A DNA stretch of 64,000 nucleotides, taken from NCBI GenBank assembly GCA_052327205.1, contig CM126219.1, forward strand, positions 67,704,001 through 67,768,000. Direction: 5' to 3'. Shown piece after piece: positions 39,501 to 51,500 of this stretch. The position numbers and the translations under genes were made by a program. The DNA comes from Somniosus microcephalus. Its lineage: Eukaryota. The notes under the pieces are model-generated. The model was given only the letters and a program-made list of their open reading frames with translations. It searched no databases and was not told the DNA's origin. Each line of letters begins with the position of its first letter. Position 1 is the stretch's first letter.

Positions 39501-42500
39501 TGCAGATGTTTTCACTGATCTTTAGGCATCTTTGGCAATTAGTTTAACAAAATGTTTTATCATAGATATTCTGAATCATAATCTATACTCCTGCTCCCAA
39601 CTCCACGTCTCTGTCATCTCACCATCTGTTACTGCCTTACCTCCCCTTCTGAAACTACTACGAGCTCTCAAGGCCATCAACATCTAGTCACATCTGAACA
39701 GGATACTTGCATTAAACCCAGTTGTTTAAGGTTAAATGGTGCGATCAGCTTACCATTTCTCTGGTTTCTCCAGTCAACTCAAAAGAATCGGTCAGGATTT
39801 CAATATTTGTAGCACGTTCCAATTTGTCACGTCGATCAGTGGAGATATTAAACCTGACATGGTCACCTTCTAATAGTGTCACCTTGGATCTCGTGTCCTT
39901 ATCTCCAAAGGGAAGTTCTTTGGAAATGGCAAAGTTTACTTTGATGCGTCCTGGCAAAGGGTCAGTCTGCAAAAAGAAAGTGCAACCTTCAGTTGGTAAA
40001 GTGATTGTTCCGTCAACTGTTGATAATTCAAAGTTTTTTTGCACTAGCAAAAAAAATCCAATAATTTGAATGAATCAACTTTGAATTCACCATTTGTACA
40101 AGTACAATTGGCTCCAGGGCAAAACCATCCCCTTCCAATATCAGTCCAGAGTAGGGTTATGAATGTTCTCCTCCACTTATAGACCTTTATCAATATTACT
40201 AAAATGCTTGTAGTTTCAGTTTATATCATCTGTTTGCAACTAGTTGATCTCTCATGGCCAGACAAAAGGATACATTATTATATGTATAAACATGTACTGC
40301 AATGCATTTCCTGCTACTTCATTGCATGCTTGTACCACATAGCTTTATTAATTTTCAAACAGAAATGTTGACATCTCCCATGCCAATTTATATTCGATTT
40401 GTAACCCAAGTAATATATTTTTGAAAGGAATTTTGTAAACCTCCCCTCCCACCTAGGATAGTGTCAACCATTGTGAGGTCACTCCTGGTTAGTAATGTGG
40501 TTACCAAAAGCTACTTTACAGTCACATTATTCCACAGACCATAGCATTCAAAACCATTAATGGTGGTTACCACAGAAATTGTCACCAGGGACTAGGTGAG
40601 CCATGACTGGACAACCTGAAATGTCAAATTACAACCTCCCCACTGCCATTACTAACATTAATCCAGAGCCAAACCCAACAGTCAAGTCAGTGACAAACTT
40701 TACCAGTAGCCAATAAGATTGCTACAAAAGCAACATGAAGGATGGTCATTTGATTACTATTAGCCAGCAGATTGCTCAAGAGTCATGGTGAAGAGTACAA
40801 GTACATAATGGTGTTTGACCTTTATGTACTTGTACTTAAAATGATTATTGTTGCATACTATTTCAGCGTGGTCCTGACTTTCTCCATTTGTATTTTTGCT
40901 TCGAGATTCTTCTCCTAACCTCACGTATTGTAACTATTTATGCAATTCAAACTTTTTTTTGAAGCTTAAACTTTAAATTGTTATACAATTCCCTCCAACC
41001 ATGGTTTTGGCCACTGATTTATGAATAATAAATAAAATATCAAATTAGATATGTTGGACAAAATAGACAATTTGCCACTCTTCAGCCAGAGAAAGAGAAC
41101 ACTTACTTATTTCTGCAGATTATTCAATCCTACAGGCAAAACTCCAAGCAATACTGCCAACATAACTTTGTACATCTATCTTTCAATAACCATGGGAAAG
41201 TCGGTATTAGGCTGCTGTGTCAGCTGTGGCTCAGTTGGTAGCACACTCGCCTTGGAGTCAAAAGGTTGTGGGTTCAAGTCCCACTTGAGCACATAAATCT
41301 AAGTGGACACTCCAGTGCAGTGCTGAGGGATGAGATGTTAAACCGAGCCCCCGTCTGCTCTCAGGTGGACGTAAAAGATCCCATGTCACTATTTTGAAGA
41401 GGAGATGGGGAATTATCCCTGGTGTCCTGGCCAATATTTATCCCTCAATCAACACAAGAAAAACAGTTTATCTGGTCATTATCACATTGCTGTTTGTGGG
41501 AGCGTGCCGTGAGCAAATTGGCTGCCACGTTTCCTACATTACAACAGTGACAACACTTCAAAAAGTACTTCATTGGTTAAGCGCTTGGAGACATTTGGTT
41601 GTCGTGAAAGGCACTATATAAATGGAAGTCTTTCTTTACCTGGGTTTTACTGGATACTTTTGGAATAACTTTGGTGACAGTTCCATCAAACTGTTCAATA
41701 CTAACGTCCTCAAATATAACAGTTCCTTGGGGTAACAGTTTCACTTCAGTGGCAACTTCTTTTCCCTAGAAAGACAAAAGCATTAGCTACCAGACTGTAT
41801 ATTGTACTTTTTACTAAAGCAGTTATTTTAGAAGTTTTCTAATTGAAAGCACTCATGAACATTGTTTTTATTCATCATGTACATAACTATGCAGCCAGAT
41901 TTAGAAAAAAAGTTCAGAAAAATATCAGTTATCGTGGTCATTTTCTAGAAAACTCATTCCCCAATAACTAAGTGCCCATACATGGGAAGCAGCTCACTTG
42001 TATTCAGTGGCTGCAACAGAAAACCCACTGAAATTGGGAATTGCTGCGTGTACGTTGAAATCAGACATCCCCATCCTACCACTTCAGGGTGGTTTTAACA
42101 GCAAGAGCCTGCAAACAATTTTTGAAGTAATTGTGTACTGCAGAACCCAAACCCTTAAAATTCTAAGTAGGTTAACACGCTAACACTTACAAAAGTTGAA
42201 TTACAGCTGCAATTGTCCGTGCCGTAACAACTGTAGGTCCGATAGTGTTTGCACTATACTGTTCTACTTCACACTACTCCAACCTCAAGAAAAAGAATGC
42301 TAATCACTCAATAATCTGTTCACCTGTAGATGTTAGTTCTGAGAAGACTGGTAGGACCTCATGAAGGAAAGCAGATGTATTGTGCTGTTCATTATAATAT
42401 TTCTACACAGTCTCAACCATATCCCAAAGTTGGGAAATACAAAAGTTGCGTTTGAAAGGAATTACAATCTAATGATTTTACTGAGGAAATAAACTGCCAA

Positions 42501-45500
42501 GTGGAAAGAAGATGCGATCGTAATTTCTAAGTGTTTCTGAAATCTGCCATGTCCATCATTCAGAATGGGTTAACATATCCAGGATACACAGACTGATCAC
42601 TGCAGGGTTCTACATTAACTTTACAGCCAAATACAAGGCATGGAATTAGTCACACCAATCTTCTCTAGCACCATCAATTCTGACAAGTCCATGCAGTCTT
42701 CCCAACCTACGGCGTTACTATGATGGACGGTGGAGGTTTTTTTCCCTTCCCTACAGAATCGAGACCCACAATCTCATCAAGCAGCAATTTGAGTGCGCCT
42801 ATATACACTGAAAGTCAGGTTATCTTGATGGTGGAAGGGATATCACAGCCAAGCTCAATTCCATTCAACTCAAATATTAAACATGGTACGTAGTCCAACA
42901 AGTATCACTGGAATGCAATGATAGGGAAATGTGGCTGATTTTTCTCCCTCCCAGCTTTCTAGGAAACAGAGGCTTAATGGTGCAGCCACTCATACCAACT
43001 AACTTAGCATAGGCAGAGTTATCAGATTTTTCAGGTTTATGGCTCAGCATGACATTGTATATAATGTATATACCAGCAGAACTAAGGAAGCTGACCACAG
43101 ATTATATATGCAGTTCTAGATTTTTTTAAAGAAAGGTCTAAAACCCAAGTTTAAAAGAAAATGAAGTCTATATCATGAATAAAAAAAGAGACATCTTTCT
43201 CTTCCACACACTAGATGTCACTATTCCCAAAACAGGAACAGCATCAGTGGATTCCTCTACCACATGATAAAAGGGCTGTGTAACCAGTGGCCAAACCTCT
43301 GAAAATTGACAACAGTAATACTTAGAAATGTATTACACCAAGTTACAATTCTGCAAAGATCTACCTAGAATTTTACAACACAAATAGGCCATTTGGCCCA
43401 ACAGGTCTGTGCCGGTGTTTATACTCCACACAAGCCTTCACCCACCTTACTGCATCTCATCCTATCAACATATCCTTCTGCCTCGTGTACTTATATAGCT
43501 TTCCTTTAAATTCACTTCTGATTTAAACTTTACTTGAAGGACTGGTAATTACAAATTTCAAATTTTATTAGAGGGCACAAGACAAACTCAGGTAGGTTAC
43601 CTGCAGAACGCATGGCAAATTTTGCTAGCTAAATTAAAAAGGCCCAATGTGGGGGAAAAAGGTACAAGGCCAGAAATAATTTATCTTAGGGTATTGAAGA
43701 AATGGCAGAGATTTTGAGTGATGCCCTGGTAAATATTTTCAACAGCTTACTCAGAATCAGCATAGTGCAGGATTAGAGAAAAGCATATGTGGTGCCCTTA
43801 CTTAAAAAGGCATCCATGTCAAATCCTGGAAAATGTAGACCATAGTTACATGGATGCAACCAAGAGTTATTGCTGAGAGGGCACCACACTAGCTAAATGA
43901 GCAGACACTCAGCTCCTTGCATTTCTTGCATTTTGATACACACTTCCTGAAACAAATTTCATTAATTATCCTCCCACAGGACATGGCTACATTGCTTACA
44001 TTTCGTTCTTTAATAGTAAATTCCACATCATCGCCTGGTTGCAAGGTTTCCAGGTTTCCCTTGAATTCACTATAGTGGAAGAAGATCTCTTTCACAAGGT
44101 CACCTCTTTCAATGAATCCAAATGCTTCCTATAAAGATTAAAGAATTAACATTAACAGTATCCTGAAATGTATTTCTATGTCCATACACATAATAAGGTC
44201 CAAGTAGTAGATTACCAAGTGTGTACAAGGTGGTATTTTTCTGATCCAGTTGCTCAGTTCAGATTTTTACGTTAACTTTAGTGCAGGTTAGCTTAAAACA
44301 TGCAGCATTCTGCCTTTCCATATTAACTGCATACCACTGACAACCAATTTTCCACTGTACAAAAACTTTGACCCAATTCAATGTAAAGACAGTTCATTCA
44401 GAAAAGTGGTTTGTGAAATTTGATGAGGCTGCATATACCTATTCTGGGTCTCTTTGGCACAGACCACTACATTTCTCCTTTCAAAGTTCAGGGCACTGAG
44501 ATGGGGCTAGTGGAAACTCAATTATGATTCTGATAATATAGTCGAGGCCAAGAACAGAAACCTTTATCATATCATTCAGTGCCAGACTATTTACTCAAAT
44601 CTAAGAACATTTAGAATACCACATCAATCCAGTCCTTGAGCTGCTTCTCAAAATAGAAAGACAGAGAAATTGAGTGGATAACTTAGTTAAAGGAAGGACT
44701 TGTTTTTGAAGATTCTGATAATTAAAGTTCAACCGTCCTTACATTTTTTTTTTATTTTAAAAAGAGAACCAAGAATCGAATGGAATTCCTCCACTATTCT
44801 GCCCCAGTAATTGGAGGCCAGACAAAACACCAATGGAGATTTGCCAGCTTTCCAAATCTCTCTCTCCAAGGTAATGAACAGTCCAAAGAGGAAACATACC
44901 TTCATGGCACAAACTACACCTTGACACCGACCCTGTTTCTTCTTCACCAGCACAATGTTGTGAGCATTTACAGCACCAGTACTAAGAAACAAAAACATTT
45001 GTAGTTAGTTATACAAATTACTGTAATCTGATTTGCACTAAGCTAAAAATTTAGTTCAGAAGCACAAATGCATCCAATAGGTCAATATACAGGAAAGTTA
45101 AATTATAAAACAGACTTTCTACAAGCAACCTGCCAGCTAAACTAATGTGGAAGCATTTCATACAATATTCCATTTGCAGTTATCGAATTTTGTTATATAT
45201 ACACACAGTCTTTCAAGAGGTTTATTAATACTGCCTTCCCGATTCTTTGAATGTAGTTCAACCTTCACATACAATGGCCCATCATCCAAAAAAGAAAAAC
45301 AATAGGTCACCACCCATTAAGAATTTGGCACCATACAAGCACCATTTCCACCATGTGCATTTTGCCATCTCTAGGGCATAAACAAGGTCTCTTTCTGGAA
45401 TCACACCGTAACCTTTTTTAAAGAAGCAACAGCAGATAGGCCAAGCTGTACATACAAAAAGGAAGTTGCATAGCAGATACGGAACCCAAGAAGCTGTACA

Positions 45501-48500
45501 TGTGAAGGCTGAGCTGCTGTACAAGGATCAGGAATACTATATATACACACATATATATAGCGAGACCCTGAGAGTTGATGCAGAGATGAACACAGCAACA
45601 ACAAAGTCACCTCAACATTGTTACTCTGCAGACAATAGCAAGATAAACCTTGATTCACAAGACATGTAGTGCACACTCCAAAGTTCCTTGGTGGTTCCTG
45701 ACCACTTAAATGAATGAAATAGTCTACAAACTATTTAAGCCAATCTCATGAAAAAGAGTTACTTATTGCATCACCAAATGAAGCTACCCAGACTGGCAAC
45801 ACCTTTGGTTCCAGTTACCTAGAATGCAAATGCTGTAATCAATTAAGTGTACGGGCTCCTTTAAAGGGAGTGTGGCAACAATTTCCTGACAAATGAAATG
45901 GTCGCAATATTAAGCACAAACTTTAGATTTAGTTTTCTAATGCCATATACTATACTAAACTAAATAAGGTGGGTCTATCAGAATGCTAACCCAAAGTGGC
46001 AAAATAAGACAATTAGAAGTATGGCAAGAGATTTAATATTGCAAGAAGTCATTGGCTCAAGTGTCTAGTATAAATAAACTGTTGCAAAATAAAATTCAAA
46101 ACTGGCCTACTTTTCAGTTACTAGAAACTACAGGTTTTGGTAATGCGAATGCTTTATTGACATAAGTACCGATGCACATAAAAGTTAGGTGCAAAACCAT
46201 TTTGTTATGGTGGGACCATTTGGACAGACTCTGACCGGTGAACATTTTCATGGGGGAGTGGGGAAAAATTGAACTAACCAGACCATTCAGATCTTGTCAC
46301 GGCTTATAAGCCTAGGTCCACATACTTTAGGTATACGGGGCCTGAAGGTGGATATCCCATCCTGTGAGCGAGGTGCTAATCACCAGGGTAAGACAAGGTA
46401 GAGTAACTATAACCTATACAGTGCATTTGTCTCATGACCATTTTAGTGTAATAGCTGCCTCTGCTTTGGGGGGGGGGGGGGGGGGGGTTGTTACCATACT
46501 GAAAAAAATAGCAGAGAGGACAAAACAGTTTCTCTGTTGAGAATGACTTCTTTAGGCTAGGAATGTAGAAGCTAATTCGAGTGCCTCAACTGCCCTCAGG
46601 TCACCCTCCAGCTACCTGAAACCCAGGAGCATTCCTCTGCAATGAAACAAGACCCCTATCAAAGAGCTGCCCTCCTTCAGTGCATCTGATATGCATGCTA
46701 TGACAACACAGTGAGCCACTGAAACTACCAAGGCTCCAGGTTATCTTGCTAGAATCCCCTTTGTTGAAAGAGATCATAATTGTGCTGTAGAACACAAGTG
46801 TCTCAAACAGAATCCGATTAACCAGCCTCAGAATGGCAATTAAAGGCAAGTCCTCAGTTGTGGTCACTGTTCTCCAAGACCAGTGCCATCCTTCACTTTG
46901 CCTAGAGCAGTCTTTAGGAATTTGATATGGATAATGTCCACACTGTTAATTAGGCAATAGAGCAGTCCACTTTCTCCCATAAAACTGATTTATTAAGGCC
47001 TTCAAACTGTACAACATGCCAACAGCTTATCCAACCTCCATGCAGCAGGATCTTTATTACAGACTTATTGAGTTAGACATCAATTCAATACAATTTTTAA
47101 ATAGATAGCGGACACCTGGGCAAGCTGCTCACTACCGAGTTCCTTCCTCTGCAACTCTTGCCATCCACTGCCCCTTGCCCCCGGTCTCCTCTCCCTCAGT
47201 GCTCATGATCCACTGCTCTTAATAGCTGGCACATTTTAGCTTAATCTACAAGGCCAAGCAATCCACTCCACAGCATGCTGCTCACCCTCGTCCTGCACTT
47301 CAACTGGTTGCTTGTGGACTTTACGGTCACCAGGACTATGCGGCTCTGCTGGACCACCCTAGACTCCTTGGATTCTGTGACTCTGCTTTGCTACATAAAA
47401 ATACTGTTAAAGCCAGCAATTCCAGACCACAGTGCCCACCCCACATCTTGCAGCCTTGTCCTCCACATTGATGCTTCTTTGACCTCGAGTCTTTGTTCAC
47501 ACCCGATCTCCTTAACCTCCCTGCCACAAGGAGTCTGCTGTTCCACCAGATCACCCAGATGCCCCTCCATAAAAAGGTACCCGCTTTATCCAAGAACATT
47601 TCCTGGGGTCAATTTGATTGGCTTCTGGGCTTTGGTTAGAAGTCTGCTGGAACCGGCGCTGAACTCCACTATTCCTGCTGGCTTCTGGGCTTTAAATGCT
47701 CCTAGTCTTCTGCCGAGACTACATTCGCCAACAGACTGTTTCTAAATGAAATACCACGACTGGCCTCCAGAAGCTCAGTTTCTGTTTCTCCACTGGGACA
47801 CCACCCATTGCTGCTCTGGCCCGGATCTGTTCCTGCTTTTCAGGACAATTCTGCTAAACAATGTTCACTCTGCTGCTACCCGTGGCTGCAGATGCTGCCT
47901 TTTCCCACTGCCACTTCTCTTATCGCTTCTTGCTGGACTGAATTTGGACCAGATCCTCATCCTGGATGTTCCTTTCTACTCAACCTTTGTATTTGCTGGT
48001 CTCATTTATTTTTCCCCCAACCTGTCTGCATGCTTAGCTCCTAGGTTTCACTCCCACTGCTTCTCTGGCTTAGCACCTGAAGCCAAGACACTTCTGCTGG
48101 ACCCTTGGATCAGCCTCTACTGACTCCTGGTTAACTCTCTTACTCCTCCTTCAACAGCAACAACTTGCACATATATAGCACCTTTAAATATAGAAATCTT
48201 TGAAACCTCCAACTTAGCTGATATTCTGCTTCTCTATCTGTTCTTGGGTCCATTTTCTCTCAGACTCCGAATCTGAACCTCTATCATTGAATGGTGGCTG
48301 CTCCCATCTCCCCATCCCACCTATAGGTGGACTTAATGCCACTGCAGCTTCCTGTCCCCCAGACTTCAATTCTGGACAGATTCATATTCTCTCCACCCTG
48401 TTCAATTCTGAACTGCTACCCATTTTGTCTAGTTTCCACCATGTCTTTAGAATTCCCCTTTGGTCCATTCACACCTTGGCCGTCACTCCAGCCCACTATT

Positions 48501-51500
48501 TCTAGTTCCATTTTTTTTGGACCCCTTTCCTCATCTTCCTCTCATCCAGCCATGCCACCTTTCATCTCCCTCTCCACCCAGCCCCCAGTATTTTACCCTT
48601 CCAATCCTTTACCCCCACCGATCACTACTCTGCAGCCCATCTTCTCTCCTGCTGCTATCCAAGGCCTGAATCCTCTTGAATTAGCCCCAGGATACCTGTG
48701 CCCCTCTTGGAAATCTCCGACAGACCCAACTTGGTACCCATCACTGCCTCTTAGTGTAACAATCCCAAATGCCCAGTCCTCTGCTCTCTGGCCATCTCTC
48801 CTCCTCACTGGTCAACCACTCCCAACACTTCTCTCAATCCCTCAGCACACAGTAACGACCCCTTCCTATTTGCCTCCACAATGTTTGCTTACTGTGAACA
48901 AGCCCCTTGCCAACTACGGTCTGAATTATTTTAAACTGCCATCCTGGCACCGAAACATAGCTCATGGGCTTCCCCCAACCCAGCAGGTTCCATTTGTTGT
49001 CACGGGCACTGCTCAAAATGCCACGGAAACAGCACAGTTCTTACCTGCAAGTCACACCCTGGCCTCACCCTCTCTTCATCTGGCACATCCCACACACCTT
49101 TTATTTAAGATAATCTTCCATTCCCTTAGTTGCTGCATCGAGCACCTCCTCATCCTCAGATTTCAATTTGCACCTCAACTACCTAGCCCCCTCTTCACTG
49201 AATTCATCTCCCATGCTCCTTCACCCTTCATATAACCTTCCCTACCCACGTCCTCAGCTCACCCCATTAATCTCACCGCCATCTATATCTGCACAGGTCA
49301 CTAGAAAGCTGTCAGCAATGGAAGCCCTGGCAGAGCCAGCTGCAACAGCTCTACAGACATCCTGGTTGAGATCAGCTAACTTGAGCACAGACCAGATAAT
49401 CAAACTAGAGATCTTCCAGGTCTGTATGGCTCAGCTATGCATTGGATAAACTCCAGGCCATTGGATTTTCAGTTTTTGTGGACCCTCAGGGATATCATCA
49501 TCTTGGCCCAAGAGGTTGGCTATACAGAGGAAATTGGTAACTTCTGACTGGTCACTTCAGTGAATTTGGCTCTTCAAAATGCAATTCCACCACAATCTGC
49601 TCTAATCATTTTCTGCTTTTAAAAAGTAATTTTGTAAAAGGCCACATCGTGGTCAGATGGCAAACCTACAGTACTCAGACGAGGCGCTCCAAGAAATCTT
49701 CATTACTTTAAATGTTGGGGAATTGATTTTCCTGTCAAAGAATTTTTTTTTTTTTTTTTTTTAAAAACACAAACTTGTGTTACAGTGCAGAAATGGAGTA
49801 CCACGTAACTAGTGATAAACTAGCTGAAGTGCCTTCATGTGGAAAGGGCCGATTGCATGCGCAAGTGTCCAAAATATTGTCATCACCAATTCTGGCAATA
49901 CTTATTTAACAACAGCAGCATCTTCATCTCCACATACTTTTCTTGACAATTTTCACTTACTGGCAGAGAGTTTTTAATGTTACAATTATCTCCTTTTTCT
50001 CTTCCTTCCCACTACAACTTTAAATCCTTCCTCTCCCATAAACTGATTAATTTTTAAACTATGGCAACAAATGGATGTCATAAAAAACTAAGATTTCTAA
50101 AAAATCTTAGAATTTTGTAGTTAAATAATTAAAATTCTCTATTTGACTGCCAATGTAATTTCCATAGCAGACTGATTAATGTAAGTATTTTCTGTTCATG
50201 TTACCGCACAGAAGGATTATAGAAAATTATTCCAATGTTTTAGATACTTCTGGCAAGGTAAATTTTGTTGGTGCGCTACAGCATAAATACTTGGTCCCTC
50301 ATTTAGGCAAGCAATTCAATGACTAAACTAGTACGTACATTAATGAAAATACACATGCCATCTATTCAGGATATTAATAGCTTCATCAGGGCTTAGGACT
50401 TCAACATTTTGTTGCTGTTTTGCTGGAATTTTCATCAAGCAACATGGTCCAATCACACAAAGTTTAGCAAGATTTGAATCACCAAGGTGGCCATACATAC
50501 TGTTTATTGGTTTCCATGGAAAAAGAAACTTTATCTCCGGTTTCAAGTTGGACATTTCCATCAACATCTTCAGGGGTGTATGTCAGATAAAATACTTCCT
50601 AAACCACCAAAAAGTCATCAGTTAGCTTTTAAATGAAGTTCACATTCCTTAGTACAATTATGTACAGTAAATTAAAAACTTCCTTTAGCTTAAATGTTTG
50701 TGTATGCAATAATGTACCACCAGCTTCCTGCTAAAACGGTCAAGATAGAGAAAAGCACTTAAATGCCAAGTTTCTAAAGAGGATTGATATAACTTGTAGC
50801 TATTTGCCATTAGCACTATTCAGCTAGTTGTAATAAATACAACACCATTACAATTGAAGACACTGATATACAGCCCTAATTATTCAGACTTTAGCCTATA
50901 TTAAGAGGCTTCCTGTTTAAAGATGGTTGCTATAAACAGCCTTGAAGACAGTTTTGCTGGCCCTACAGTACCAAATTAGCAGATAGATAGTGGTACATAA
51001 ACAGTTACGGTCTGGAAAATCTGAAAACTCAAACATGCAGGCAAAACACTAGATAGCAATTTTAAAAAGGTTAACAAATGTTAAAACAGTAACATAAAAA
51101 TACCAATTACAGGTGCACAAGACCTGCTGCACAGATTAGACATTATATTTCAAACATCTGGCCCATCATTTTTAAAATTTAAAAAACCCAATGTTTTGAA
51201 TTTCTCAGTGAAACAGTGACATTTCTCTATAACTAGCCAGTGGGAAAAATGCATGGCCAATTAAAATTAACTTGCAGGAGGGAAGGAATCTACTTTCCCA
51301 TAATTTATTGCCATCAGTTGGCAACAGCTCAGATTGGAACACTGCATTGGGAATTTCAAGTACAGGCTAATAACTTTCTAAAGTATTTACTCAAAGTTAT
51401 CTTTTTCACCAATTCCATTTAAAATCTAACAGTTTACACATGGCTCATGGTGGCAAGAGTGTTGTCAATCTTACTCAAATGCAGGGAATATCAGCTGAGC

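Noticed and set aside
41217-41290. tRNA-like sequence with A and B boxes (also at 25279)
   Set aside because: It continues into a SINE body and tail and lacks a proper acceptor stem. It is a SINE head, not a tRNA gene.
48327-49235. 302-aa P/S/L-rich ORF, the longest in the window
   Set aside because: Starts at GTG and lies in C/T-skewed DNA where stop codons are rare. No domain motif is visible; it is better explained as decayed L2-like sequence.
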